From: the human T2T-CHM13v2.0 reference genome, Homo sapiens
NCBI RefSeq assembly: GCF_009914755.1
Contig: NC_060935.1
Direction: 5' to 3' (one strand)
Length of the DNA: 64,000 nt
Numbering within the stretch: the stretch's first letter is position 1; each line of letters starts with the position of its first letter. A program made the translations under genes and the position numbers. This document shows, piece after piece, positions 1-53,021 of the stretch. The notes under the pieces were generated by a model. It made no database searches, was not told the origin of the DNA, and saw nothing but the letters and a program-made list of their open reading frames with translations.

Positions 1-2460
<2,460 letters not shown>

Positions 2461-2554
2461 TATATATATATGTATTTTTTTAAAATAGAGATGGAAAAAT
2501 AACTATTTACCAAAATCAATAAATATGTCGTGAGAATAATGGCATTGTTTTACA

Positions 2555-3671
2555 GGGGGGTTGGGGGGAGACACTGTTTTTCTCTCCTCTCACACCACCA
2601 CAACAATCAACAAAGAAGGCTACTGTGTGACCAAATGTGTTGGTTTTTTCCCCAGTCCACAAGCAAGCAGTTCCAGCTGGGTGTCCTCTTGTTTAATGCC
2701 AACACTGTCTACCTGGAGATAACCTCAGATCTCAAATGTTTAGGGTGCAGATCTCAAGACCGCCCTCCCCACCGGCCCCCCGGTACTAGTTTCTTTTCTC
2801 TCCTTTTTTCTTTTATTTCTTTTCTTTTCCTTCCTTTTCTTTTCCTTTCTCCTTCCTTCCTTCCTTCCTTCCTTTCTTTCCTTTCTTTCTATTTCTTTCT
2901 TTGTCTCTTTATTTGTCTCTCTCTGTCTCTCTCTTTCTTTTCTCTCTCTCTTTTCCCCTTTTTCTTTTCTTCTTTCTCTCTCTTGTCTCTCTCTTTCCCC
3001 TGCCTCCCTCCCTCCCTCCCTTCCTTTTTTTTTTTTTTTAAATCAAATTATTGTTTACCAGACATGGCCCCTGACTTCTGATGCTAGTCAAAAGCCCCAG
3101 GCTGTTTTACCTATGCCTCTGACTGACCAGCTGTAAATCTAGGCCCCCACAACTCTACTTGGGCTTGGTTAACTTGCTAGGGTGGCTCATAGAAATCAGG
3201 GAAACACCTACTTACCTTTACTGGTTTATTATAGAGGCTATTTGAAAGGATGCAGATGAAGAGGTGCCTAGGGTGAGGTATGGGGGAAGGGATGTGGAGC
3301 TTCCGAGCCCTCTTCCGGTGTGCCACCTTCCAGGAACCTCCAGGTGTTCAGCTATGTGGAATCTCTGAACCCAGTCCTTTTGGATTTTTGTGGATGCTTC
3401 ATTATGCAAGCATGACTGCTGAAACGATTGGCCATTGGTGATCAACTCAACAGTTCAGCACCCCCTCCACTCCCCAGAAGTTGGGGGTGGGCTGAAAACC
3501 CCAACCTTCCAATCATGCCCTGCTCTTTATGGTGACCAGCCCCCATCCGGAAGCTACCTAGGGCCTGCCAGCCATCAGTTAACATTAGCATACCAAAAAA
3601 ATCACTTTAGAGATTTAGGAGTTGTATGGCAGAAAATAGGGTCAAAGAAACGTATATTTCACAATATCACA
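2555..3671 (-). mobile_element. MER21-like LTR interrupted by a CT-rich tract
   Basis: Ends in CACAATATCACA; internal motifs (CCAGCTGGGTGTCCTC, GGAGCTTCC, CCATTGGTGATCAACTC) resemble MER21. Family assignment from recall. Confidence 0.6.
2789..3040. repeat. Polypyrimidine low-complexity tract (CTTT/CCTT/CT)
   Basis: About 250 nt of almost pure C/T. Confidence 0.9.
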
Positions 3672-3906
3672 CTGTTTCGATAGGAGACAGCTCGATTTTC
3701 ACATCTGCTTCTATTAGCTATTAGGATATATTGTTTTGATTGAAATACATGAAGAAAATTTGGTCTCACACAGACATGTAACTAGAAGAGCACTTCACCA
3801 ATCCCCTGAAAGGTTCTTTTGGGGACCACAACTTCAGAATTGCTGTTCTGAGCTTTCAGGCTCTACGTGCACACACTTTGAGGAGCAGACACAACAATCC
3901 TTGTCA

Positions 3907-4572
<666 letters not shown>

Positions 4573-4649
4573 TCAGCTATTCATACCCAAATACCTCCCC
4601 TTAATCTTTTTCTGGCTTATGTATAAGGTAGGAATAATAATAGTATCAG

Positions 4650-4910
4650 TGTCAACCTAAAATAATCCGACGGGTCAGAACCTAATTTAGAGTTTTTTCA
4701 AGTGCGAAGTATGAGAATGGAACACCTGGAACCACCAACTCCAGAAGAATGGAGTCAGTGTTGTGAAGTAAGAAAGTTAAGATTTCATTTATATAGGCAA
4801 GCACACATGACTTTTTAGCAGGATTACATTTTTCACAGAAGATTGGTACATAGTTATAGCAATTTGGTTGGCTATAGACAATGTTTCTTTTTGGGAAGTA
4901 TACATGTAAC
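4650..4910. mobile_element. Probable ERV LTR fragment, continuing near 5600-5700 after nested Alus
   Basis: Begins TGTCAACCTAAAATAATC and has LTR-like composition. Family not determined. Confidence 0.4.
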
Positions 4911-5161
4911 TTTTTTTTTCCAATTTTTTTTTATTTGGAGTTTCGCACTGTTGCCTGGGCTGGAGTGCAGTGTCAAGATCTTGCCTAACTGCAACCTCCG
5001 CCTCCCGGGTTCAAGACATTCTTCTGCCTCAGCCTCTGGAGTAGCTGGGATTACAGGCACCTGCCACCACACACGGCTAATTTTTTGTATTTTTAGTAGA
5101 GATGGGTTTTCACTATTTTGGCCAGGCTGGTCTTGAACTTCTGATCTCGTGATTTGCATGT

Positions 5162-5196
<35 letters not shown>

Positions 5197-5646
5197 AGAG
5201 GGAGTCAGCCGGGCGCGGTGGCTCACGCCTGTAATCCCAGCACTTTGGGAGGCCGAGGTGGGCGGATCACCTGAGGTCGGGAGTTCGAGACCAGCCTGAC
5301 CAACATGGAGAAACCCCGTCTCTATTAAAAAAAAAAAAAGAGAGAGGGAGTCTTGCTCTGCATCCCAGGCTGAAGTGCAGTGGAGCGATCTCGGCTCTTT
5401 GCAATCTCAGCTTCCCGGGTTCAAGCAATTGTCCTGCCCCAGCCTCCCCAGTAGCCGAGTAGCCGGGATTACAGGCATGAGCCACCAGTGCCCGGCGCAT
5501 GTAACATTTTTTAACAGAGGATGAAATAGTCATGGATTTCCTACACTTCAGCCTGGGCGACACAGCAAGACTCCGTCTCAAAAAAAAAAAAAAAAAAAAA
5601 AGAGTTAATCTATAATCTGAGAACAGAAGTTGTAAACTATATGTGA

Positions 5647-5882
<236 letters not shown>

Positions 5883-6264
5883 TAGTAGAGACGGGGTTTC
5901 GCCATGTTAGCCAGGATGGTCTCAATCTCCTGACCTCATGATCTGCCCGCCTCGGCCTCTCAAAGTGCTGGTATTACAGGCGTAAACCACAGCGCCCGGC
6001 CTAAATTTCATTATTTTCTGTAGCTTCTTGGCCTTTTGGCTAAGGCTCGTAAACATTTTTTTTTATTTCTACACCAATTTCTGTAGATTATTATGAGAAT
6101 TAAGGGAGAGAATTATATCAAGCGCTTAGCACAGTGTCTGGCATCTAGGAAGAAAGTAGTAAGTGATAGCATTTATTTATTTATTTATTTTATTTATTGA
6201 GATGGAGTTTCGCTCTTGTTGCCCAGGCATCTAGGAAGAAAGCAGTAAGTGGTAGCATTTATCA

Positions 6265-6265
<1 letters not shown>

Positions 6266-6343
<78 letters not shown>
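6266..6343. repeat. (TCTA)n tetranucleotide microsatellite
   Basis: Two runs of TCTA with one interruption. Confidence 0.95.
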
Positions 6344-6575
6344 GTTGAGATGGAGTTTCGCTCTTGTTGCCCAGGCTGGAGTTCAGTGGCAAGATCTCGG
6401 GCCGCCTCCCAGGTTCAAGCAATTCAGATAGTTGCCGACCGGGCGCGGTGGCTCACTCCTGTAATCCCAACACTTTGGGAGGCCGAGGTGGGTGGATCAC
6501 CTGAGGTTGGGAGTTTGAGACCAGCCTGACCAACATGGAGAAACCCCATCTCTACTAAAAATACAAAATTAGTCA

Positions 6576-11827
<5,252 letters not shown>

Positions 11828-12008
11828 GCCTGGTGGCCTCCTACCCTTGGTCCTACTCTAGGAAGTGTGATTGTCACACTTATCATGTTGTCCAGAGGTC
11901 CAGTCTGGCTGCTGTTGTGGAGGCAAGGAAGGCAACTCATCCCAGAAGGCATCTGGTGCTTCTTGTAGCTTAACTACTGCCTCCTCATTTTTCAGTATGT
12001 GTTCTAAG

Positions 12009-12014
12009 TATAAA
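12009..12014 (+). terminator. Probable non-canonical poly(A) signal (TATAAA) of POLR2G
   Basis: About 180 nt after the stop, followed by GT/T-rich sequence at 12035-12060. No AATAAA seen nearby. Confidence 0.6.
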
Positions 12015-12789
12015 AAGTCCTTGGTTCTCATGGAAGTGTTATCTTCTTTTTTTTTTTTTAGCAGGAACAATAACTCTTTAAAGAGGCTGTGGAGTTGGCT
12101 GCTTACTAGCCCCTCTTTTTCTTAGACTGATGCCTCTACTAGCCTCAGCCACCCAGGGGAACTGACTAACCCATTTGTCCAGGTTTAAAGGTGACCTCAC
12201 TGAAGTCAAGGCTCTGATGTTGGGTCTTTGGCTTCCAGCAAATGATACCATCATTAGTGGCATTCTGGGTCCTGATCTAGTTCCAGAGTGTTTGCTCTTC
12301 TCCTGCCCTTAAAAGTAACCAAGAGCATAGCTGGGAAAGAAGGGAGAGGAGACAGCAGACAGGGAGAGATGAATAAGAGGCTAGTAATGACACAGACTGT
12401 AGGATCTCAACACAGCCTTTCCTAAGTTGGGTATATAAACAATAGTATATCACTATACTAAACTGAACTGAAGATGTAAAAGGGCTCACAATCTAGTTAG
12501 GGTGACAAAAAATGTATGAAATGCCTACAGGATTAAAGAAACATGCCAATTTTCCCTGGCACTATACCTCTGCAATACTATTTTGTCTACCTTGGAATGC
12601 CCTTTCCCAGCTTGTCCATTTCCTATCTACTAATCTATGAAATCTCATTTCAATTATTATTATTATTTTTTCTTTAACTTTCTTTGACTTCCCTGGGAAA
12701 CAGAGCTCTGTGGCAGAAAACAAGAAAGCATGGTATTTGGATTGATACAGAGCTGGTTTAAGTCTTAGCTGGACTCAAGAGGATAAGAG

Positions 12790-15860
<3,071 letters not shown>

Positions 15861-16379
15861 GGAAAGAAGTTTAACCTCCAACTCTGCCAGGGACTCTCAC
15901 AGACATTAATTTACAACAACCCTGTGAAGTGCGCATTATTACTCCATATTAGGTAATTTGCCCAAAGGCAGTGTCAGAATTTTAACCCAGGTCGGTCTGA
16001 TTCCAAATACCATCCTTTACTCACTAAGCCCACTGCTTATCAATTAAGAACTGCCCAAGTAGCTGCTATTGCAGTGGGAGTTGGAGAAAGAGAGCTGTCA
16101 GTGTGCGTGTCCAACGGTCATGCAAGGCGAGGTAGGCCAGGGCTTGTATTTGGTTCACAGGCGTGGGGAGAATGCGAAGTAGGTGCAGAAAGAGCAGAAC
16201 CCTGGAGTCCGGAGCTTGCACGGGATGTTCGGCCGGGTCAGAAGTCCCTTCTGCCTGCCGAGAACACCTACCGAGAGCCCCATCTATCCCTTCAGGAAGG
16301 GGAAGTGGCATGTGATGTTGGGGAGGTAGGCCGGGCAGGAAAACTAAGCCAGACACCAAAATCTAAAGCTTTGCTGCAG

Positions 16380-17110
16380 TCGCGAAAATGCGGGTGCTCA
16401 GAAACTCGCGAGCAAACAAGACAAAGAAAATCAAGACGCTGTCTTTGAGACTGTTTATTTCCTCGTTACTATTGTGGTGGTAAAAAAAATAAAATATGCT
16501 TATTAAACGTGTGTTAAAACAATACACACCTACTCGCAAACGTAGCAAGAGAGGTTGCTTTAAGAAGCGGGAATCTTCAGCGTCACGTGACCGCCGGTCT
16601 CTACAGTCTGTTCACACTGGCCAATCAAGAGCCAGGAAGCCTCCTGGAGGGCCGGAAACTTTCCAAGGCGCCCGCCGACTGGCTGTATTGGGGAGGGCGG
16701 GGCCGGGGCCCCGGGAGAGGGAATGAGTGTGAGCTCGTGAGTGGGCGCCGCCGCCACCGCCCCCGCCGCCGTCGTCTCGGTAGCAGCCTTCGCCACGCCG
16801 GGGTCTTCAGGTGAGCAGGCCTTGCTCTGGTCCAAGGACTCCCCATTCCCGACGCCGACTGCTTACTCACCAGTCTTGGAGCCCGCACCGCGAGGGCCCG
16901 CCCCCTTGGCTGACCACGTGACCCAAGTTCAGTGACCCCTGACCTCCTCCCCCCGCGCACCCCCTCCCCGATCTGGGCTGGGCTAGGCCGGGTGGGAGGA
17001 TGCGCGTTGCCGAGGCCCGGCCCGCGGAGGTCAGTTCCCACGCCTCCTCTCCAGCGTGACTAGTGGCTGAGGATGCGGAGGAGAGGAGGCTGAGGAGCGG
17101 GAGACTTTGG
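16380..17110 (+). promoter_or_regulatory. CpG-island promoter and non-coding exon 1 of TAF6L (donor after 16810)
   Basis: GTCACGTGAC at 16582-16591, CCAAT at 16621-16625, GC boxes ~16693-16710, strong donor CAG|GTGAGC at 16810/16811. Confidence 0.8.
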
Positions 17111-17559
17111 TCACAGTCTAGATTTCGTGTACGGTCATATAATAGGGAAACTCCCTCCGTGCCTTTCGCGCTGGTGGACTAAATGCTCCCATTTTACAGA
17201 TAGGGAAACTGCAGCTTCACAACGATCTATTGGCGGGTCTAGGGTCACCAAGGGGTGGGTCTCCAATCCATGTCTTTGGGGTGGGATCCAGGCCTTGTTC
17301 CCCATACAGCTGGCGGCTCCTGAATGCGGTATAGAGTAAAGATTAGGAGCAAGGGGTTGAGTCCTTGCTCCCCCTCCCTACTTACTCAGTGCTTACTTCA
17401 TGATCTTGGAGAAGTCATGGAACATTTAGCCTCTGAGGTTTGATTTCCTTGCCTGTGAAATAGACGAAATACATAATAATATCTTATTATTGAGAATATA
17501 GTGAAGTAATCCATATAAAGCACTTAGCTGTGTCTCAGGCATAGTACAGTGCTATTCGT

Positions 17560-20400
<2,841 letters not shown>

Positions 20401-20404
20401 GAAA

Positions 20405-20718
20405 AGACTGGGTAATGTATAAAGGAAAGAGGTTTAACTGACTCAATGCTGGGGAGGCCTCAGGAAACTTACAGTCATGGTGGAAGAGGAAGCAAACATG
20501 TCTTTCTTCATGTGGCTGCAGCTAGGAGAAGTGCCGAGCAAAAGGGGGAAAAGCTCTTTATAAAACCATTAGATCTTTTGAGAACTCACTATCAGGAGAA
20601 CAGCATGGGGGAAAATGTCCCCTTGATTCAGTTATCTCCACCTGGTCCCGCTCTTGACACGTGGGGATTATTAAAATTCAAGGTGAGATTTGTGCGGGGA
20701 CACAGCCAAATCATATCA
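20405..20718 (-). mobile_element. THE1-type MaLR LTR in TAF6L intron 1
   Basis: AGACTGGGTAAT.TATAAAGGAAAGAGGTTTAA...GGGGACACAGCCAAATCATATCA. Confidence 0.85.
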
Positions 20719-21103
20719 GTCATCTCATTTTCACAGCAACCCTGTGAGCTAGAGAGGGCAGGAATTATTGTGCCTGTTTTACAGTTTAGGACACAAGGGC
20801 TCAGACTGATGAAGGCCTTGGCCAAATTCACATAGAAGGTGACAGGGCAGGAATGGGACCTAGTTCTGTGAACCCCAACACTTTGGACTTTGTCTAGCTT
20901 CACCGTTCTTGACCCACTGGCCAGTCTGTTTCCTTCTCTGAGCCTCACTTTCCTCATCTGGGTACTCAGAGCTCCTTGTTTAGAAACTCCAGAGCACGAG
21001 CAGCAAGGCTGGTGTGGAGGGTGTTGGATCACACTCCTGGGCTCTCCGGGAGGCTGGGCAGCTTTTCCAGTCTTCATTCTCCACTCCCAGCTCCACTGGG
21101 GCC

Positions 21104-32687
<11,584 letters not shown>

Positions 32688-32712
32688 GTCAGTGGCCCCT
32701 TCGTTCCTTGTA

Positions 32713-32718
32713 AATAAA
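32713..32718 (+). terminator. Poly(A) signal AATAAA of TAF6L
   Basis: Canonical hexamer 26 nt after the stop codon. Confidence 0.85.
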
Positions 32719-32719
32719 T

Positions 32720-32790
32720 CCCGCCCCCGGAAATGACGTCTCCACCTTCGTGGGTCGCGCCGGATAAGGTGGGCTTTGGGCGGGGTGCTG
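32720..32790 (+). promoter_or_regulatory. TMEM179B core promoter (GC box, ETS, CRE-like site)
   Basis: CCCGCCCC at 32720-32727, CCGGAA at 32727-32732, TGACGTC at 32734-32740, within a CpG island of ~31950-33100. Confidence 0.7.
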
Positions 32791-32822
32791 CTGCAGCGGC
32801 GCTTCCTGGTGGTCAGGGCGCC

Positions 32823-35439
<2,617 letters not shown>

Positions 35440-35754
35440 AGAATAAGCGGAGTGCTTCCTGCAGCCGAAGACTCCATGCCCAAGTGCCTGTAATCCCCCC
35501 CCTCAAGGCCCTGTTTATGTTGGGAGTCTTAGTTTTCCTTTCGTTGGGGGGTGGGGGGGAAACATAATGACAGGCCCCCCTCCACCTCTTCCTGCAGCTG
35601 TTTTTGTACCAAAATATTATATTACTGTCTTCATCTTAGTAGTGAGTTTTTGATGTTAAAGTACAACTAGATAGGAGGAAGGAGTGAAGGCTAAGCAGAC
35701 ATGGACTGAAACTTAGAGGTACTGTTAGGCAGCTGCCCTAGGGATGACTGCTCC

Positions 35755-35760
35755 TTTATT
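35755..35760 (-). terminator. Poly(A) signal AATAAA of TMEM223
   Basis: TTTATT on the + strand, ~255 nt downstream of the TMEM223 stop. Confidence 0.7.
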
Positions 35761-36014
35761 TGTTGTTAATGAATCTTGACCTCCTTGTGTGACCCTGGTT
35801 GTTACTCCATTCTAAGATTGGCGTTTTTTTTTGTTTTTTTTTTTGTAAATAGAGACAAGGTCTCGCTATGTTGCCCAGCCTGGGCTCGAGCAGTGCTCCT
35901 GCCTCACCCTCCCAAAGTGCTGGGATTACAACAGGTGTGAACCAACACACCTGGCTCCCCAAGGTTCAGTTTTTATCCTCCTCTTGGAGAGGTGAGTGAC
36001 TTGAGGTCATTTCT

Positions 36015-37386
<1,372 letters not shown>

Positions 37387-37389
37387 GGC

Positions 37390-37505
37390 CAGCCGACTTC
37401 CGGGGTGGGGCTTCCTGCCGCAGAGCCGCCTTCCGCCCTCCCTGGGCGCCCCCGCTAGAGGGCCCGCCCCCCTCGCTCAGGGCTGGGAGGAGACAACCAA
37501 TCCAG
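37390..37505 (-). promoter_or_regulatory. TMEM223 promoter
   Basis: CCGGAAGT (-) at 37396-37403, GC box ~37462-37471, CCAAT at 37497-37501, CpG-rich. Confidence 0.7.
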
Positions 37506-37508
37506 CAC

Positions 37509-37590
37509 GCAGAACACGAAATACAACATCACTCTTTATATTAAAAAGTGCAGAACACGAAATACAACATCACTCTTTATATTAAAAAGT
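37509..37590 (-). repeat. Exact 2 x 41 bp tandem repeat containing the likely NXF1 poly(A) signal
   Basis: Units 37509-37549 and 37550-37590 are identical. On the sense strand each reads ACTTTTTAATATAAAGAGTGATGTTGTATTTCGTGTTCTGC. Confidence 0.9.
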
Positions 37591-37867
37591 AAGGAGGTCC
37601 TGGGGTTAAGTACACAAAGCACCTAAGTCCTTCGGGTAGTTTAGTGTCAGTTCTACAAAGTAAGCTTTGGCTTCCTGGCACCAGTGAGGCTCAATCTTCT
37701 GAAGTCTTCCAGAAGGCAGGCGAGGAGAGGGATCAGGCAGCCCTCCCTCCCTCGGTCACAGTCACGGGGCGGCCTCGGGCCAGACAGGAGGAGATGACAG
37801 ACGACAACCAGACGGTAATATCCAAGGACTATTTACAGGGGGGACTGCTTCTGAGGCATGACTACGA

Positions 37868-50749
<12,882 letters not shown>

Positions 50750-50829
50750 GCCACAGCGAAGATCAAGGGCGGGCTCAGGCGCTGGCCGCTACGCCGGCAA
50801 ACAACCTAACTCCCAAGCGCTCAGGACCG

Positions 50830-51010
50830 AAGTGTCCCTACGCCGGGCGCCACCGCATTTATACAGCAAAGCACGTCGCGCGCCGCTGACGTCCCAGGCT
50901 GTGGGCGGTGCCGCCGCCCGGAGAAAGCGCGGCCCCCTGCGCGTGCGCACACTTAAGGCCGTCGTTCGAGGGGCGGGGCCTGGCCCTCCACGCCCCGCCC
51001 AAGACCTGAA
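50830..51010 (-). promoter_or_regulatory. NXF1 promoter (TATA, CRE-like, NRF1, GC boxes)
   Basis: TATAAAT (-) at 50863-50857, TGACGTC at 50887-50893, TGCGCGTGCGCA at 50938-50949, GGGGCGGGGC at ~50970-50979, CpG island ~50480-51190. Confidence 0.8.
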
Positions 51011-52861
51011 CTTGCGGAACCCCGGCTGGCAGCCAGCATGTCCCCGCACCTTTTCATCTGTCCGCTGACGCTGCCCTGGCAGCTTCAGAGTTAGTGCTAG
51101 AGCACAGTGCTGCCGCCGCAGCCCAGAACTCAGTGAGGAAGGGGGCCGCACAAAGGGCTTCAGAGGAATGGAGACCGCGCCTCCAGGTGGGAGTGATGGC
51201 TCAGACCCCTACCGGAATCTAGCCAGTGTTTCAGCTCGGCTCCTTGTCTATACCTCGCTTTCTTCGCCTATAAGATGGATTAACAAATCACGAAGTTGAG
51301 AATTAGAATGTGAGCTCGAACGTTGACTAATTAAGGGCTTTTTTTCCTCGAGGGCTTGACTCGGCAGGTACTATGCCTGGCACATGGTAAAAACTCAACA
51401 TGTATTTGTGAAATAAATGAATTTGTGTTATGAATTTCCCCCACCCCGCCCCGCCCTGAGTTGCTGAGTCAAATGATACGACATCTGTCAGGGGTTTGGC
51501 GAGCATTGTCTTCACAGACCTTCCATCAATGGCGTCCCCTACTAGAAACCCATCGTGTCAACGGGGCAGACAGTGAAGCTCACCAGCAGTGGCAACTTGC
51601 TGGAGATGCCGAGGAGGACATTTTAAAATATCAGGGCCTTGGGCTCTCCTAGACCCCCAAAAGCACCACCACCAGCCCCTGACTGTTGTCTCTATAGCTT
51701 CAACTTCCTTTGGAATGTATGAGACAGGGGCACTCGAGTGACCTCAGAATGTGGTTGTGAGTCTCGGTCAGGAAGAACAAAGCACACTAATCTCCCTGGA
51801 CGGTGGGTATTCTGGGCAGGTGTCTCCATTCTCTGTGACTGGCTTTGATTTGGTGAAGTGCTTGGAGGGAATCAAAAGCCTCAACTGGAGTTGGGAACAA
51901 ATTCTTCACCTTCCACTCCTGGAAGCAGGCAGAGCTTCTGCCTCGCTTAGCTCAAGGAAGAATTACGGCCAAATAGTTGGAGGATACAGATGAAACAGGT
52001 CCAAACACTGCTTGAGATAGTCCTGGAAGTTGCCCCCAATCAGGGACCCCCTCTGGGATCCTGCTCCCCTGTGTGAAAGGAAGTTTCCACGCTAATGAAG
52101 TGTTGCAACACTTGGTTCTCCCCTGCCTAGAGGCAGCTGTGTGTCAGAGCCCAAAATAGCCTGTGTCAGCAGTGATACCTGGCAGAGCCATTAGCCCAAC
52201 CCTTTCAGTTCTGGTACTGGGCAGTGGGCTCTCTCCACTCGCTGCCTAGGCCCTTCGACGCTCCCACCCAGAAATGATGACATGGCTAGTGAGGCTGACA
52301 GTCTTGCTGTAATTGGGAGAAAACGAGCTGCAGCACATTTGGCAGATTGAGTCACCAGCAGCCAATGTCAGGGGTTGTGCAGGCAGCTGAAGGGCTCAGG
52401 GCTCCCTGCCTCACATGGTGAAAGAGGAAGAAAGAGGTCAATTGGGAAAATTGGTCCCTGGGGCTGCTTCCTCTCTTCACTCACAGGAAGGTGGGTAAGG
52501 GCATCATCTCCCTTTGCTGCCAACGCTTCCTTTGGGAGAGGCTGGAGAGGGTTTATAAAAATCTCCTAGTGGAAACAACCTCCCCCACTGGCCCCCAGCT
52601 GGCCTCTGCTCCCTTCCAGTCACTTCACAGCAGAGTTCAAATCTAGAACCCTGTGTGTTTCATAGGCCTGAGGGTGGTGGGGGGAGGACAGGGTGGCCAG
52701 AGGCAAGGGGTGGGGGATCAGGGGCAGTGGTCATTCTTAGCAGTTCCAGGGAAACAGGGCCTTTCTCCCAAGTACCCTGCACAGGCTCAGTGGCAGCACT
52801 GGCCACTTGCCTTCCCAGGAGGGTCCCAAACCCCAACAGAGTGCCTCAGAGTAGAGAGGGT

Positions 52862-53021
52862 TCAAGCAAGGAAGACCACAAAGATGATGAAGAAGACAAT
52901 GAGGATGAGGAAGATTTTGACCATGAGCCACCGGTTGGAGGTGACAGACTGGAAGTACTTGAGGATCTCTGAATGGGCGGCCTCAACGTCCAGCTGGGCT
53001 CCTAGCACGTTCTCGTCGATC
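52862..53021 (-). CDS. STX5: Syntaxin-5, last coding exon (end of SNARE motif and C-terminal TM anchor); upstream exons lie beyond the window
   Basis: Acceptor CCAG at 53022 then IDENVLGAQLDVEAAHSEILKYFQSVTSNRWLMVKIFLILIVFFIIFVVFLA*. No further exon recognised from 53022 to 64000. Confidence 0.95.

Noticed and set aside
2530-3081. 183-aa hydrophobic Phe/Leu/Ser-rich ORF
   Set aside because: Translation of a CT tract inside an LTR.
37535-37540. TATAAA as a TATA box for TMEM223
   Set aside because: About 150 nt from the ATG and upstream of the CCAAT and GC boxes; fits better as the NXF1 poly(A) signal.
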